Of a stretch of DNA of 13,319 bases, positions 6,956 to 13,319 are shown in pieces; position 1 is the first letter of the stretch; every line of letters begins with the position of its first letter. Location: sequence record k141_80999; one strand, written 5' to 3'. The translations under genes and the position numbers were made by a program. Under the pieces are notes generated by a model. That model was given only the letters and a program-made list of their open reading frames with translations. It was not told where the DNA came from and searched no databases. Source of the stretch: a metagenome.

Positions 6956-7354
6956 ATGCCTCGCGACGCGCCGCCACCCGCGCCGCCGACGCGCGACGTC
7001 GACGTCGAACGCGACGTCGTCACCGCTCTCCGTCGCGACGGCACCCTCGACGCCCTCCGCGCGTCGACGCTCGACGCCCTTCGTCGAGACGAGACGATGA
7101 AAACCTTCACCGAATTCGCCGTGCGCGGCTCGCACGCGCTTCGAGATCCTCGCGCGAGGCTTCGAACGAGGACCGAACTCGTCGACGCGTTGTTTCACGA
7201 GCTCGAGGGGCGGGTGTTGGACGAAGCGCGGGCGAGGACGTGGGACGTGCTGACGGATGCGTCGACGGGGGTCGGGAGGAGTTTGTACGAGCGCTCGTAC
7301 GTCGCCGCCTCGGAGGCGCGCGCGGGGGGGGGAGAGCGAGAGAGGGGCGAGTGA
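6956..7354 (+). CDS. Small BOD1 / COMPASS-Shg1-like protein (tentative)
   Basis: ATG at 6956 and TGA at 7352-7354, 132 aa. The segment VVTALRRDGTLDALRASTLDALRRDETMKTFTEF...ELVDALFHELEGRVLDEA aligns by eye with the BOD1/Shg1 core ([23 protein letters not shown]...). The overlapping ORF 6829..7560 in another frame is Arg-rich junk. Confidence 0.45.
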   Translation: MPRDAPPPAPPTRDVDVERDVVTALRRDGTLDALRASTLDALRRDETMKTFTEFAVRGSHALRDPRARLRTRTELVDALFHELEGRVLDEARARTWDVLTDASTGVGRSLYERSYVAASEARAGGGERERGE

Positions 7355-7368
7355 GCGCGCGGGAGTGG

Positions 7369-7373
7369 TGTAA
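7369..7373 (+). terminator. TGTAA putative polyadenylation signal for the BOD1-like gene
   Basis: The motif lies 15 nt downstream of the TGA at 7352-7354. Confidence 0.4.
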
Positions 7374-7456
7374 AAGTACTAGCGGTAGCGGTATCTCACG
7401 GCGAGGTTGTGCAATAATGATACAAAATGTAGCGACGCGGCGCGCGCGGAATTCGG

Positions 7457-8890
7457 CTAGGCGCGATACGAAGACTCTCGAGACTCTCGAACGGCGCCCA
7501 ACACGGCGATGCCGTCGCCGAGCGCCCACGATGCCTCGACGGCTTGACGCTTGTACATAATCTTGTCTAACATGCGCAGCGTCTCGTCGTCGGTGGCGCC
7601 GTACCCGGTGGTGAGAAGGGCGTAAATGTACGTCAAGTCGAGACAGAGATAGTGAACGTCGACGCCGTCGCGCGCGGCGAGCGGAAACGCGTCTTCGAGC
7701 TCAGCCGCCGGCGTCGCGCACGCGCGCGACGCGGTGCGTTTGAAATCTGCCGGGGACACTTTTAGAATTTTCGTCGCGTCCTTCGGGGCGGGCACGGCGC
7801 CGCTTTGAACGGCGCGCTCGACGATGTAGGACATGACGTAGAGCGACGTCTTGCGCGGCGTCGACCACGCGCCGGCGAACGAGCACGGCTTTGCGGCGCA
7901 CGATTTGGACGTCGATCCCACGTCGAGCGCCTTCGTCGTCGCGGCGAGACATTTCACAAAGTCGCTCCCGTCTCCCGATCCCAACGCCGCGTACGTCTCT
8001 CCGGGCTCGAGGCCGTAGCAATCCTTTTCGCACGAATCCGCGAAACCGGTGGGCAGACACGGGTGCGACCCGTCTTCGTTCTTGCCCTCGTTGAAGATTT
8101 TCGCGCGCACCGCCACGAGGCCGTACCCTTTGAACGAGTGCACGTACGTCGAGTACTTGGACGACGTCGCCTGGATGGTTCGCACGTATCCGTCCGGAGC
8201 CTCCTTCGCGGCGCGAGAGCCCACCGCGTACGCGATTTGCGTCGATCCGCCCCCTAAATCCACCACCGAAACCGTCTTCTCGGGCCGTCCGCCGAGATTC
8301 CCCAACAAATAGTTTACCGACACCCACCCGTGCGCGCCCTCGTCCGAGCCGTCCATGACGCTGACGAAGGACTCGCTCCTGGCGTGAAAGCCCGCGGACG
8401 CTATTCTATCCCGCACCGCCGTCATGATGGCGTCCGCCGCCTCCCGTCCTTCCGGCATCAATCGTAATCCAGCCGTCGCACGAACGCTGAACGGCGTGTT
8501 CGCGCGCTCGCTCCGCGGCACGATGGCTCTCGCTTTCGAGATGAGTTCGTCCACGCTCGCCGCCGCCGCGTCGGCGTCGACGCCGTACGATTTCAACCCG
8601 GGCTCGACCGCGTGAAACGCCTCCCCTCGAAGCGTCTCGTCTCCACCGAACCGTCCGCGCGCGAACGTGAAGACGTGTAATCTCGAGCCCGTGCTCCCGG
8701 CGTCGATGACGGCGGCGTAGTGCGTCGTCGGACGCGTGCTCTCGAATCCGGTGACATCGGCCAACTTGGAGCCCGCGAGCGTGAGGACGACGAGGGCGAC
8801 GAAGACGGCGGTGATGAGGCTCTGTCGCGACGCGCGCGCTTTTAGGAGCTCTTGCGTCGCGGGGAACGCGGCGGCGTTTGCCCGCCCCAT
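7457..8890 (-). CDS. GDA1/CD39-family nucleoside di/triphosphatase (apyrase), type II membrane topology
   Basis: This is the first ATG (8890-8888) inside ORF 7457..8983, which opens on TTG inside a microsatellite. Apyrase conserved regions are present: AVIDAGSTGSRLHVF (ACR1), RATAGLRLMP (ACR2), GSDEGAHGWVSVNYLLG (ACR3) and VVDLGGGSTQIAY (ACR4). The N-terminal TM helix is LITAVFVALVVLTLAG. Confidence 0.9.
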   Translation of the reverse strand: MGRANAAAFPATQELLKARASRQSLITAVFVALVVLTLAGSKLADVTGFESTRPTTHYAAVIDAGSTGSRLHVFTFARGRFGGDETLRGEAFHAVEPGLKSYGVDADAAAASVDELISKARAIVPRSERANTPFSVRATAGLRLMPEGREAADAIMTAVRDRIASAGFHARSESFVSVMDGSDEGAHGWVSVNYLLGNLGGRPEKTVSVVDLGGGSTQIAYAVGSRAAKEAPDGYVRTIQATSSKYSTYVHSFKGYGLVAVRAKIFNEGKNEDGSHPCLPTGFADSCEKDCYGLEPGETYAALGSGDGSDFVKCLAATTKALDVGSTSKSCAAKPCSFAGAWSTPRKTSLYVMSYIVERAVQSGAVPAPKDATKILKVSPADFKRTASRACATPAAELEDAFPLAARDGVDVHYLCLDLTYIYALLTTGYGATDDETLRMLDKIMYKRQAVEASWALGDGIAVLGAVRESRESSYRA

Positions 8891-8960
8891 GGCGACGAGT
8901 GCGGGCGAATGCGCTCTATCCTCTTTGAGCGTTCCGAGCGCGCGGGCGGCGTTCGCGCGA

Positions 8961-8996
8961 CAAACAAACAAACAATCAATCAATCAATCAATCAAT
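8961..8996. repeat. Compound tetranucleotide microsatellite (CAAA)3(CAAT)6
   Basis: Read directly as caaacaaacaaacaatcaatcaatcaatcaatcaat. It lies in the spacer between the POT stop (9036) and the apyrase ATG (8890). Confidence 0.95.
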
Positions 8997-9035
8997 CAGT
9001 CTACGCGAGCGAGCGAGGGTCGACGGATGGGGCGA

Positions 9036-10691
9036 TCACATCGGACATCGACGTCCGAGAGGTCCTCGCGCGAAGCCGAGGACGAGTGCGATGGCGCCGG
9101 CGAGCGCGGCGAGCGCGGCGAAGAAGGCGCTCGGAGTCGCGAATTCGGGATACGTCGATCCCACCAATCCGCTGAAGTAGTTGCCGAAAAAGGACGAACC
9201 GAACCAGAGACCGATGATAGCGCTGAGTAGTCTCTCCGGAGCGATCTTGGAGATGTACGAAAGCGCGACGGGGAACGTGAAGAGTTCTCCCGAGGTGAGA
9301 AAAATCTGGTTGAGGACGATCCAGACGACGCTCACGCGCGCGGGAGACGCGTGTGAATCGATCGGTAGCGCACCGAACATCAACACCGCGAATGAAATCG
9401 AGAGTAGGCCGCACCCAATGGCGATCTTCGTCATTTGATGCGGTTCAGCGTCGTGTTTCGCCTGCCAATCCCACAGCGCCGTCACCGCGGGCGTGAGAGC
9501 GAGCACGAGCAACGGATTCAGCGCGGCGACGAATTCCGTCGGCAAACCGTACAACTCGATGTGTTCCTCGGAAAACAACATGAGCGAGCTCCCTTGTTGC
9601 TCGTACACGACCGAAAATCCCACACCGGCGACGCAGATGATCGACACGGCGAGCATGACGTTTGGATTTTCTCTCATCGCGCGCGCCATCTCTCTAAGCT
9701 TATCGGCGGCGCTTCCGCACACCACGGTCGAACCTCGCGCGTGCTCTTCGTCTTCGTCCCCGCCCATCGTCGTCGAACTTGTCACCACCGTCGCGTCGAG
9801 CACGTACTTGCGATTCAATGTGTAAATTGCCAACGCACACCACATGCCCACCGCGGCGCTCGCGAACGCCGCTCCGTATCCAAAGTACACTCTCACCGTT
9901 CCGGCGATGATGGGAGAAAAGAACGCACCCAGATTGATGCAACAGTAGAATATAGAAAACCCTGAGTCTCGTTTCGGGTCGTTCTTGTCGTACAGCGCGC
10001 TCAATTGCGTCGATATGGACGGTTTAAACGCCCCATTCCCGACGCACACCAACACCAACCCGATTAAAAACGCCCACTCACTCGCCATGGCTCCGTACCC
10101 CACAGCCATGATCACTGCTCCCAACACCGCGCTCCTGTGCGCACCCAAGAGAGCGTCCGACACGATTCCGCCGAACACCGGCGTCAGGTACGCCAAACAC
10201 GCGAACGTACCGTACGCCTTGGCGCTCGTCGCCTCCGCCGCGTCCAACCGCGCGCGCATCGCCGTCGCGTCGCTCGCGTTCGTCACCGACGCGAAATCGT
10301 ACCCACTCGCCCATCGACCGACCGCACGCATTCCAAACACGCGATCTACGTCAAAGTTCGGATCCTCCAGCGTCTTCGCGATGTACAGCGCCAACAGCGC
10401 TCGCGCGGCGTAGTATCCGAACCGCTCCCACATCTCCGTCCCGCCGAGCACGAGCAAACCCACGGGATGCGCGCGAAGCGCGCGCGCGAGCGACGCGCGC
10501 ACAGATAACCTCGCATCGTCATCGCCGTCATCGCCGTCACCACCGCTCGCGCCGCGCGCGGACGCCGTCGCCGTCGCCGTCGACGCGCTCAAGAGCGGTC
10601 TCGAGTCATCCTCGTTCTCGTCGTCCTCGCGCGCGACGTTCTCGAGCGACGCGTCGTCCGCTCGCGCGCGGCGATCGCCATCGGTCGTCAT
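9036..10691 (-). CDS. Proton-dependent oligopeptide transporter (POT/PTR2 family)
   Basis: This is the first ATG (10691-10689) inside ORF 9036..10760, which opens on TTG. The ExxERFxYY motif appears as GGTEMWERFGYYAARALLALYI. The second PTR2 signature region reads GNGAFKPSISTQLSALYD...FSIFYCCINLGAFFSP. Hydrophobic helices run throughout the protein. Confidence 0.85.
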   Translation of the reverse strand: MTTDGDRRARADDASLENVAREDDENEDDSRPLLSASTATATASARGASGGDGDDGDDDARLSVRASLARALRAHPVGLLVLGGTEMWERFGYYAARALLALYIAKTLEDPNFDVDRVFGMRAVGRWASGYDFASVTNASDATAMRARLDAAEATSAKAYGTFACLAYLTPVFGGIVSDALLGAHRSAVLGAVIMAVGYGAMASEWAFLIGLVLVCVGNGAFKPSISTQLSALYDKNDPKRDSGFSIFYCCINLGAFFSPIIAGTVRVYFGYGAAFASAAVGMWCALAIYTLNRKYVLDATVVTSSTTMGGDEDEEHARGSTVVCGSAADKLREMARAMRENPNVMLAVSIICVAGVGFSVVYEQQGSSLMLFSEEHIELYGLPTEFVAALNPLLVLALTPAVTALWDWQAKHDAEPHQMTKIAIGCGLLSISFAVLMFGALPIDSHASPARVSVVWIVLNQIFLTSGELFTFPVALSYISKIAPERLLSAIIGLWFGSSFFGNYFSGLVGSTYPEFATPSAFFAALAALAGAIALVLGFARGPLGRRCPM

Positions 10692-10861
10692 CGTCGACCC
10701 GCGGGGCTCTCTCTCTCGCCCGCGGACTCTCCGCGCGCGTCGGTCTCGAGCCGCGGGCAAATCTTTGAACCGAATCGCGTAACGACCGTGGATCCGTCGA
10801 CGACGTCACGACGCGACGCGCGACGCTCAGTGCGCCGACGCGCGGCGCGAACGCGCGAAGA
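10692..10861. promoter_or_regulatory. Divergent promoter region between the POT transporter and PTOX
   Basis: This is the 170-bp spacer between two divergent ATGs. It contains an ACGTCA/GACGTC element (gacgacgtcacgacg). No TATA box is evident. Confidence 0.4.
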
Positions 10862-11935
10862 ATGATTCGGGCGACGATGTGGACGGGCGGGACGGCGACG
10901 CGCGCGACGACGGCGACGCGCGAACGATGGGCGCGCGACGCGCGTGGGCACGCGGTGGCGGCGTGTCGCGGGAAGATCTCGAGGCGTGGACGCGCGATGC
11001 GCGCGTCGTCGTCGTCGACGACGACGGAAGGGGTCGTGCGCGACGATGCGGAGGGGTCGTCGGCGCGCGAGGATGGGTTCGGGGCCAAGTTGGAGCGATC
11101 GATCAACGGCGCGCTCATCGGCGTGGCGGTGAACGTCATCGACGAGTTGTACGGAGGGCGATCGTACGCGAGATTTCACGCGTTGGAGACGGTGGCGCGC
11201 GTGCCTTACTTTAGCTTCATGTCGGTGTTGCACCTATACGAGACGTTCGGGTGGTGGAGAAAGGCGGACTACCTCAAGGTGCACTTTGCCGAGACGATGA
11301 ACGAGTACCATCACTTGCTCATCATGGAATCTCTTGGTGGCGCGGAACTCTGGAAGGATCGATTCGTGGCGCAGCACATAGCGGTGGCGTATTATTGGAT
11401 TTGCGTCGCGCAGTACTTGGTGTCGCCGAGATGGGCGTACAACTTGCTCGAACAGGTGGAATCGCACGCGTACGCCACATACGACGAGTTTCTCAACGCC
11501 AACGAAGACGTGTTGAAAGCCACGCCGCCGCCTCGAGTGGCGGTGCAGTACTACACCAAGGGTGATTTATATCTCTTCGATGAGTTTCAAACGGTCGAGC
11601 GCGGTCAAAGACGACCGAAGATTAACAACTTGTACGACGTCTTCGTCAACGTGCGAAACGACGAAGGCGAACACATGAAGACGATGGAATTTTGTCAACG
11701 ACCGGGCAACGGTTTGCGATCGCCATCGAGTAAAGAGGCCATGGTCATCTTCAGCGATGAGAACTGCGATCCGGAGGAGGAGACGTGCGAACAAATCATG
11801 GAGTCCGAAGAAAATTTGGGCGAACGTTCGTGTGAAGGTCTCGTGGACTGCGTCGTCAATTTCGGCACCGGATCCGTCACCCCGTACGATCCACAGGAAC
11901 GATCAGACGGCGGCGACTCTTCTTCCAGCTCGTAA
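10862..11935 (+). CDS. PTOX: Plastid terminal oxidase (alternative oxidase family, PTOX/IMMUTANS-like)
   Basis: ATG at 10862 and TAA at 11933-11935. Di-iron carboxylate motifs are present: RFHALETVARVPYF, AETMNEYHHLLIME, LEQVESHAYATY and VRNDEGEHMKTM. The N-terminus is rich in Arg, Thr and Ala, like a transit peptide. The exact start is uncertain, with in-frame ATGs also at codons 6 and 46. Confidence 0.85.
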   Translation: MIRATMWTGGTATRATTATRERWARDARGHAVAACRGKISRRGRAMRASSSSTTTEGVVRDDAEGSSAREDGFGAKLERSINGALIGVAVNVIDELYGGRSYARFHALETVARVPYFSFMSVLHLYETFGWWRKADYLKVHFAETMNEYHHLLIMESLGGAELWKDRFVAQHIAVAYYWICVAQYLVSPRWAYNLLEQVESHAYATYDEFLNANEDVLKATPPPRVAVQYYTKGDLYLFDEFQTVERGQRRPKINNLYDVFVNVRNDEGEHMKTMEFCQRPGNGLRSPSSKEAMVIFSDENCDPEEETCEQIMESEENLGERSCEGLVDCVVNFGTGSVTPYDPQERSDGGDSSSSS

Positions 11936-11949
11936 TACATTTAATACAG

Positions 11950-11954
11950 TTACA
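11950..11954 (-). terminator. TGTAA putative polyadenylation signal for REV7
   Basis: Plus-strand ttaca lies 74 nt downstream of the REV7 stop on the minus strand. Confidence 0.4.
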
Positions 11955-11976
11955 AGGCCCGCGCGCGCTATCAAGT

Positions 11977-11981
11977 TGTAA
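11977..11981 (+). terminator. TGTAA putative polyadenylation signal for PTOX
   Basis: The motif lies 42 nt downstream of the PTOX stop, in an AT-rich spacer. TGTAA is the polyadenylation signal established for chlorophyte algae such as Chlamydomonas. Its use in this organism is inferred. Confidence 0.45.
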
Positions 11982-12027
11982 TTTTAAGCATGACGAAAGC
12001 AAACAATCGATACCGGCACTTCCACCT

Positions 12028-12433
12028 CTATCTACAAACGACGAGCGACAGCGCCGCGTCGAACGCCGCGGTGGAGACGGATTTAATCTTCACCACCTCA
12101 CCGTTCTCTACATCGCACGTGCGATCGATCTCCCCCTTTTTCACGTCGTCCGCTCTCCGCCAACCGTTCGGCGGCGCCTCGTCTCGTCCGTCGTCGTCGC
12201 TCTCCGCCAGCACTTCCCACTTCAACTCCCCACCCCCACCGGGCGATCGCGTTCCCGCGTCCTCGGTCACGAGCGCAAATTTCATCGCCAACGACGTCAG
12301 CGCCGCCCTGACCTCCGCCTTGAGCGCGTCGCTCGGCGGCGACGGCACCTTTTTCAGGGCAAAGTCGAACGCGAACGCTTCGACACATCGTTTTTCTCTC
12401 GTGAACGCGACGCGCACTCGCCGCACGACGCCG
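12028..12433 (-). CDS. REV7: REV7/MAD2L2-like HORMA protein, exon 2
   Basis: The segment GVVRRVRVAFTREKRCVEAFAFDF...LKAEVRAALTSLAMKFALV...GEVVKIKSV...ALSLVV continues the REV7 alignment ([24 protein letters not shown]...). The stop is TAG at 12030-12028. Confidence 0.7.
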
Positions 12434-12503
12434 CTGCGTGGGACGCGTCGGGTCAGTCTCCACTCGTTCTCTCTCTCGCTCTCGCGCGCGCGCTCTCGCG
12501 CAC
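12434..12503 (-). other. Predicted 70-nt spliceosomal intron of REV7
   Basis: On the minus strand the donor is AG|GTGCGC (GT at 12503-12502). A CTGAC branch-point-like motif lies at 12456-12452. The acceptor is a pyrimidine-rich CCCACGCAG| (AG at 12435-12434). Splicing joins the frames of ORF 12098..12718 and ORF 12028..12426 into one 206-aa HORMA protein. Confidence 0.6.
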
Positions 12504-12718
12504 CTCGATAACGGCGCGCGAAGCGTCGAGAGACAATCTTCCAAAAAGTGCTCCACCTCGGCGCGTCGACTCGCCGGCGGCGCGCGAAGACGCACGCCGT
12601 ACACGGTCGATCTCGATCCGTCGTCGGCGTACGCGCCGCGCGCGGTGATGACGTGATGAATCAGCGCCTGGGTGAATTCGAGCAAGACGTCGGCCACGGG
12701 ATTGACGTCGTCCGCCAT
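12504..12718 (-). CDS. REV7: REV7/MAD2L2-like HORMA protein, exon 1
   Basis: ATG at 12718-12716. The segment VADVLLEFTQALIHHVITARGAY...VEHFLEDCLSTLRAPL aligns by eye with human REV7 (VADVLCEFLEVAVHLILYVREVY...IQDTLHCVKPLL). After ...PLS this frame degenerates into Arg/Glu-rich sequence, and the homology continues in another frame. Confidence 0.7.
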
Positions 12719-12761
12719 GGCGAGTCGAGTCGCGCTCTGAGGATGAAGTCGAATGATGATG

Positions 12762-12766
12762 TTACA
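12762..12766 (-). terminator. TGTAA putative polyadenylation signal for the DJ-1 gene
   Basis: Plus-strand ttaca lies 38 nt downstream of the stop at 12804 on the minus strand and only 44 nt upstream of the REV7 ATG. Confidence 0.4.
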
Positions 12767-12803
12767 GGTGGTCTATGCGAATTCTTGAAAGCGGCGAAGA
12801 GGA

Positions 12804-13319
12804 CTAGTTCTCCAACACGGCGGCATCGTCTAAACGCCACTCGTTCGGCACGCGGTTCCCGTGAGAGACGCTCGGTAAAACCATCGGTCCCGCGACTTCC
12901 TGCGCCTTGGCGGCGCCGTAGAGCTTCTCCACGAGCGCCAACGCGAACTCTATCGCCGTCCCCGGCCCGCGCGAGGTGATGACGTCACCATCCACCACCA
13001 CTCGCGCGTTCGCGCTCGCCGCGTCCGGTAAATTCTTGACGAACCCCGGATGCGCGGTCGCCGCTAATCCGTGCAACAAGCCCTTCGCGGCGAGGACGAC
13101 GCCCGGCGACGCGCACATCGCCGCCGTCAGCGCCCCTCGCTCTCCCATCTGTCTCTCCAACGCTCGATGCAGCGTCGCATCCTTCGCCATGTTCTGCGCC
13201 CCCGGCATCCCTCCCGGAAGCGCGATCAGGTCCCACCGCTCGTCCGCGACGTCCTCCAGACGCGCGTCCGCCTCCAACCGCACGCCTCGCGAGCACGTCA
13301 CCGTCGTCTCGTTCGGGCC
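12804..13319 (-). CDS. DJ-1/PfpI (ThiJ) family protein, 5'-truncated by the window edge
   Basis: The frame is open to the window end, and the track's start at 13301 is a GTG. The segment DLIALPGGMPGAQNM...LTAAMCASPGVVL (nucleophile-elbow Cys)...THPGF...VVVDGDVITSRGPGTAIEFALALVEKL matches DJ-1 closely. The stop is TAG at 12806-12804. Confidence 0.85.
   Translation of the reverse strand, partial: GPNETTVTCSRGVRLEADARLEDVADERWDLIALPGGMPGAQNMAKDATLHRALERQMGERGALTAAMCASPGVVLAAKGLLHGLAATAHPGFVKNLPDAASANARVVVDGDVITSRGPGTAIEFALALVEKLYGAAKAQEVAGPMVLPSVSHGNRVPNEWRLDDAAVLEN

Noticed and set aside
6829-7560. 243-aa + strand ORF spanning the BOD1-like gene and the 3' end of the apyrase gene
   Set aside because: It is Arg-rich junk (RRRRTRRRHRSPSRRHPRRPP), is out of frame with the better 6956..7354 ORF, and runs antisense into the apyrase CDS.
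10606-11233. Two minus-strand ORFs (177 and 181 aa) across the POT-PTOX spacer and the PTOX 5' region
   Set aside because: Both are Arg-rich antisense frames of the PTOX transit-peptide region with no domain signal. They would also have to span a promoter region.
11700-11935. Cys-rich acidic C-terminal tail of PTOX, considered as a novel regulatory add-on
   Set aside because: The CEGLVDC segment resembles the C-terminus I recall from plant PTOX/IMMUTANS (CEGIVDC). The tail is therefore probably a conserved family feature rather than a novelty.
11990-12511. 173-aa + strand ORF antisense to REV7
   Set aside because: It is Ser/Ala/Thr-rich low-complexity sequence, whereas the opposite strand carries clear HORMA/REV7 homology.
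1-13319. A prokaryotic-style defence island or operon as the previously undescribed system
   Set aside because: The gene content is eukaryotic housekeeping (splicing factor, HORMA translesion-synthesis subunit, Golgi enzymes, PTOX). Genes alternate between strands with their own promoters, one gene has a spliceosomal intron, and the tRNA lacks an encoded CCA. Nothing here resembles a co-transcribed multi-gene system.

Overview
This window looks like compact, GC-rich eukaryotic nuclear DNA. It is not a prokaryotic locus. It carries ten closely packed protein genes and one tRNA gene in 13.3 kb. Several products are eukaryote-specific: a USP39/SAD1-type splicing factor, a REV7/MAD2L2 HORMA protein and a BOD1/Shg1-like protein. 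A plastid terminal oxidase is also present. Intergenic spacers are only 42-230 bp, I can support just one intron, and TGTAA motifs sit downstream of several stop codons. Together these point to a picoplanktonic green alga of the Mamiellophyceae type (Ostreococcus or Micromonas-like). That taxonomic call is inference, not a search result. Gene order is: tRNA-Glu(UUC) (-), USP39-like (+), S26 signal-peptidase-like (-), GT10 fucosyltransferase (-), uncharacterised membrane protein (+), BOD1/Shg1-like (+), GDA1/CD39 apyrase (-), POT/PTR2 transporter (-), PTOX (+), REV7 in two exons (-), and a partial DJ-1/PfpI gene (-). The supplied ORF track opens ORFs at GTG and TTG codons (positions 378, 5258, 5296, 8983, 10760, 12426, 13301), so I moved the affected CDS starts to the first in-frame ATG. 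I see no CRISPR array, mobile element, rRNA or defence-type operon, and no evidence for a novel multi-gene system. The points worth a second look are modest. The S26 peptidase homologue has Arg in place of its catalytic Lys. The tRNA-Glu has a weak acceptor stem, no nearby oligo-T terminator, and an orphan copy of its T-arm upstream. A 70-nt GC-rich intron splits REV7. A fucosyltransferase and a GDPase-type apyrase lie 2.3 kb apart. One divergent promoter contains a perfect GCN4/AP-1 palindrome, a G-box and several (CG)n tracts. Two convergent gene pairs are spaced so tightly that their 3' UTRs should overlap.
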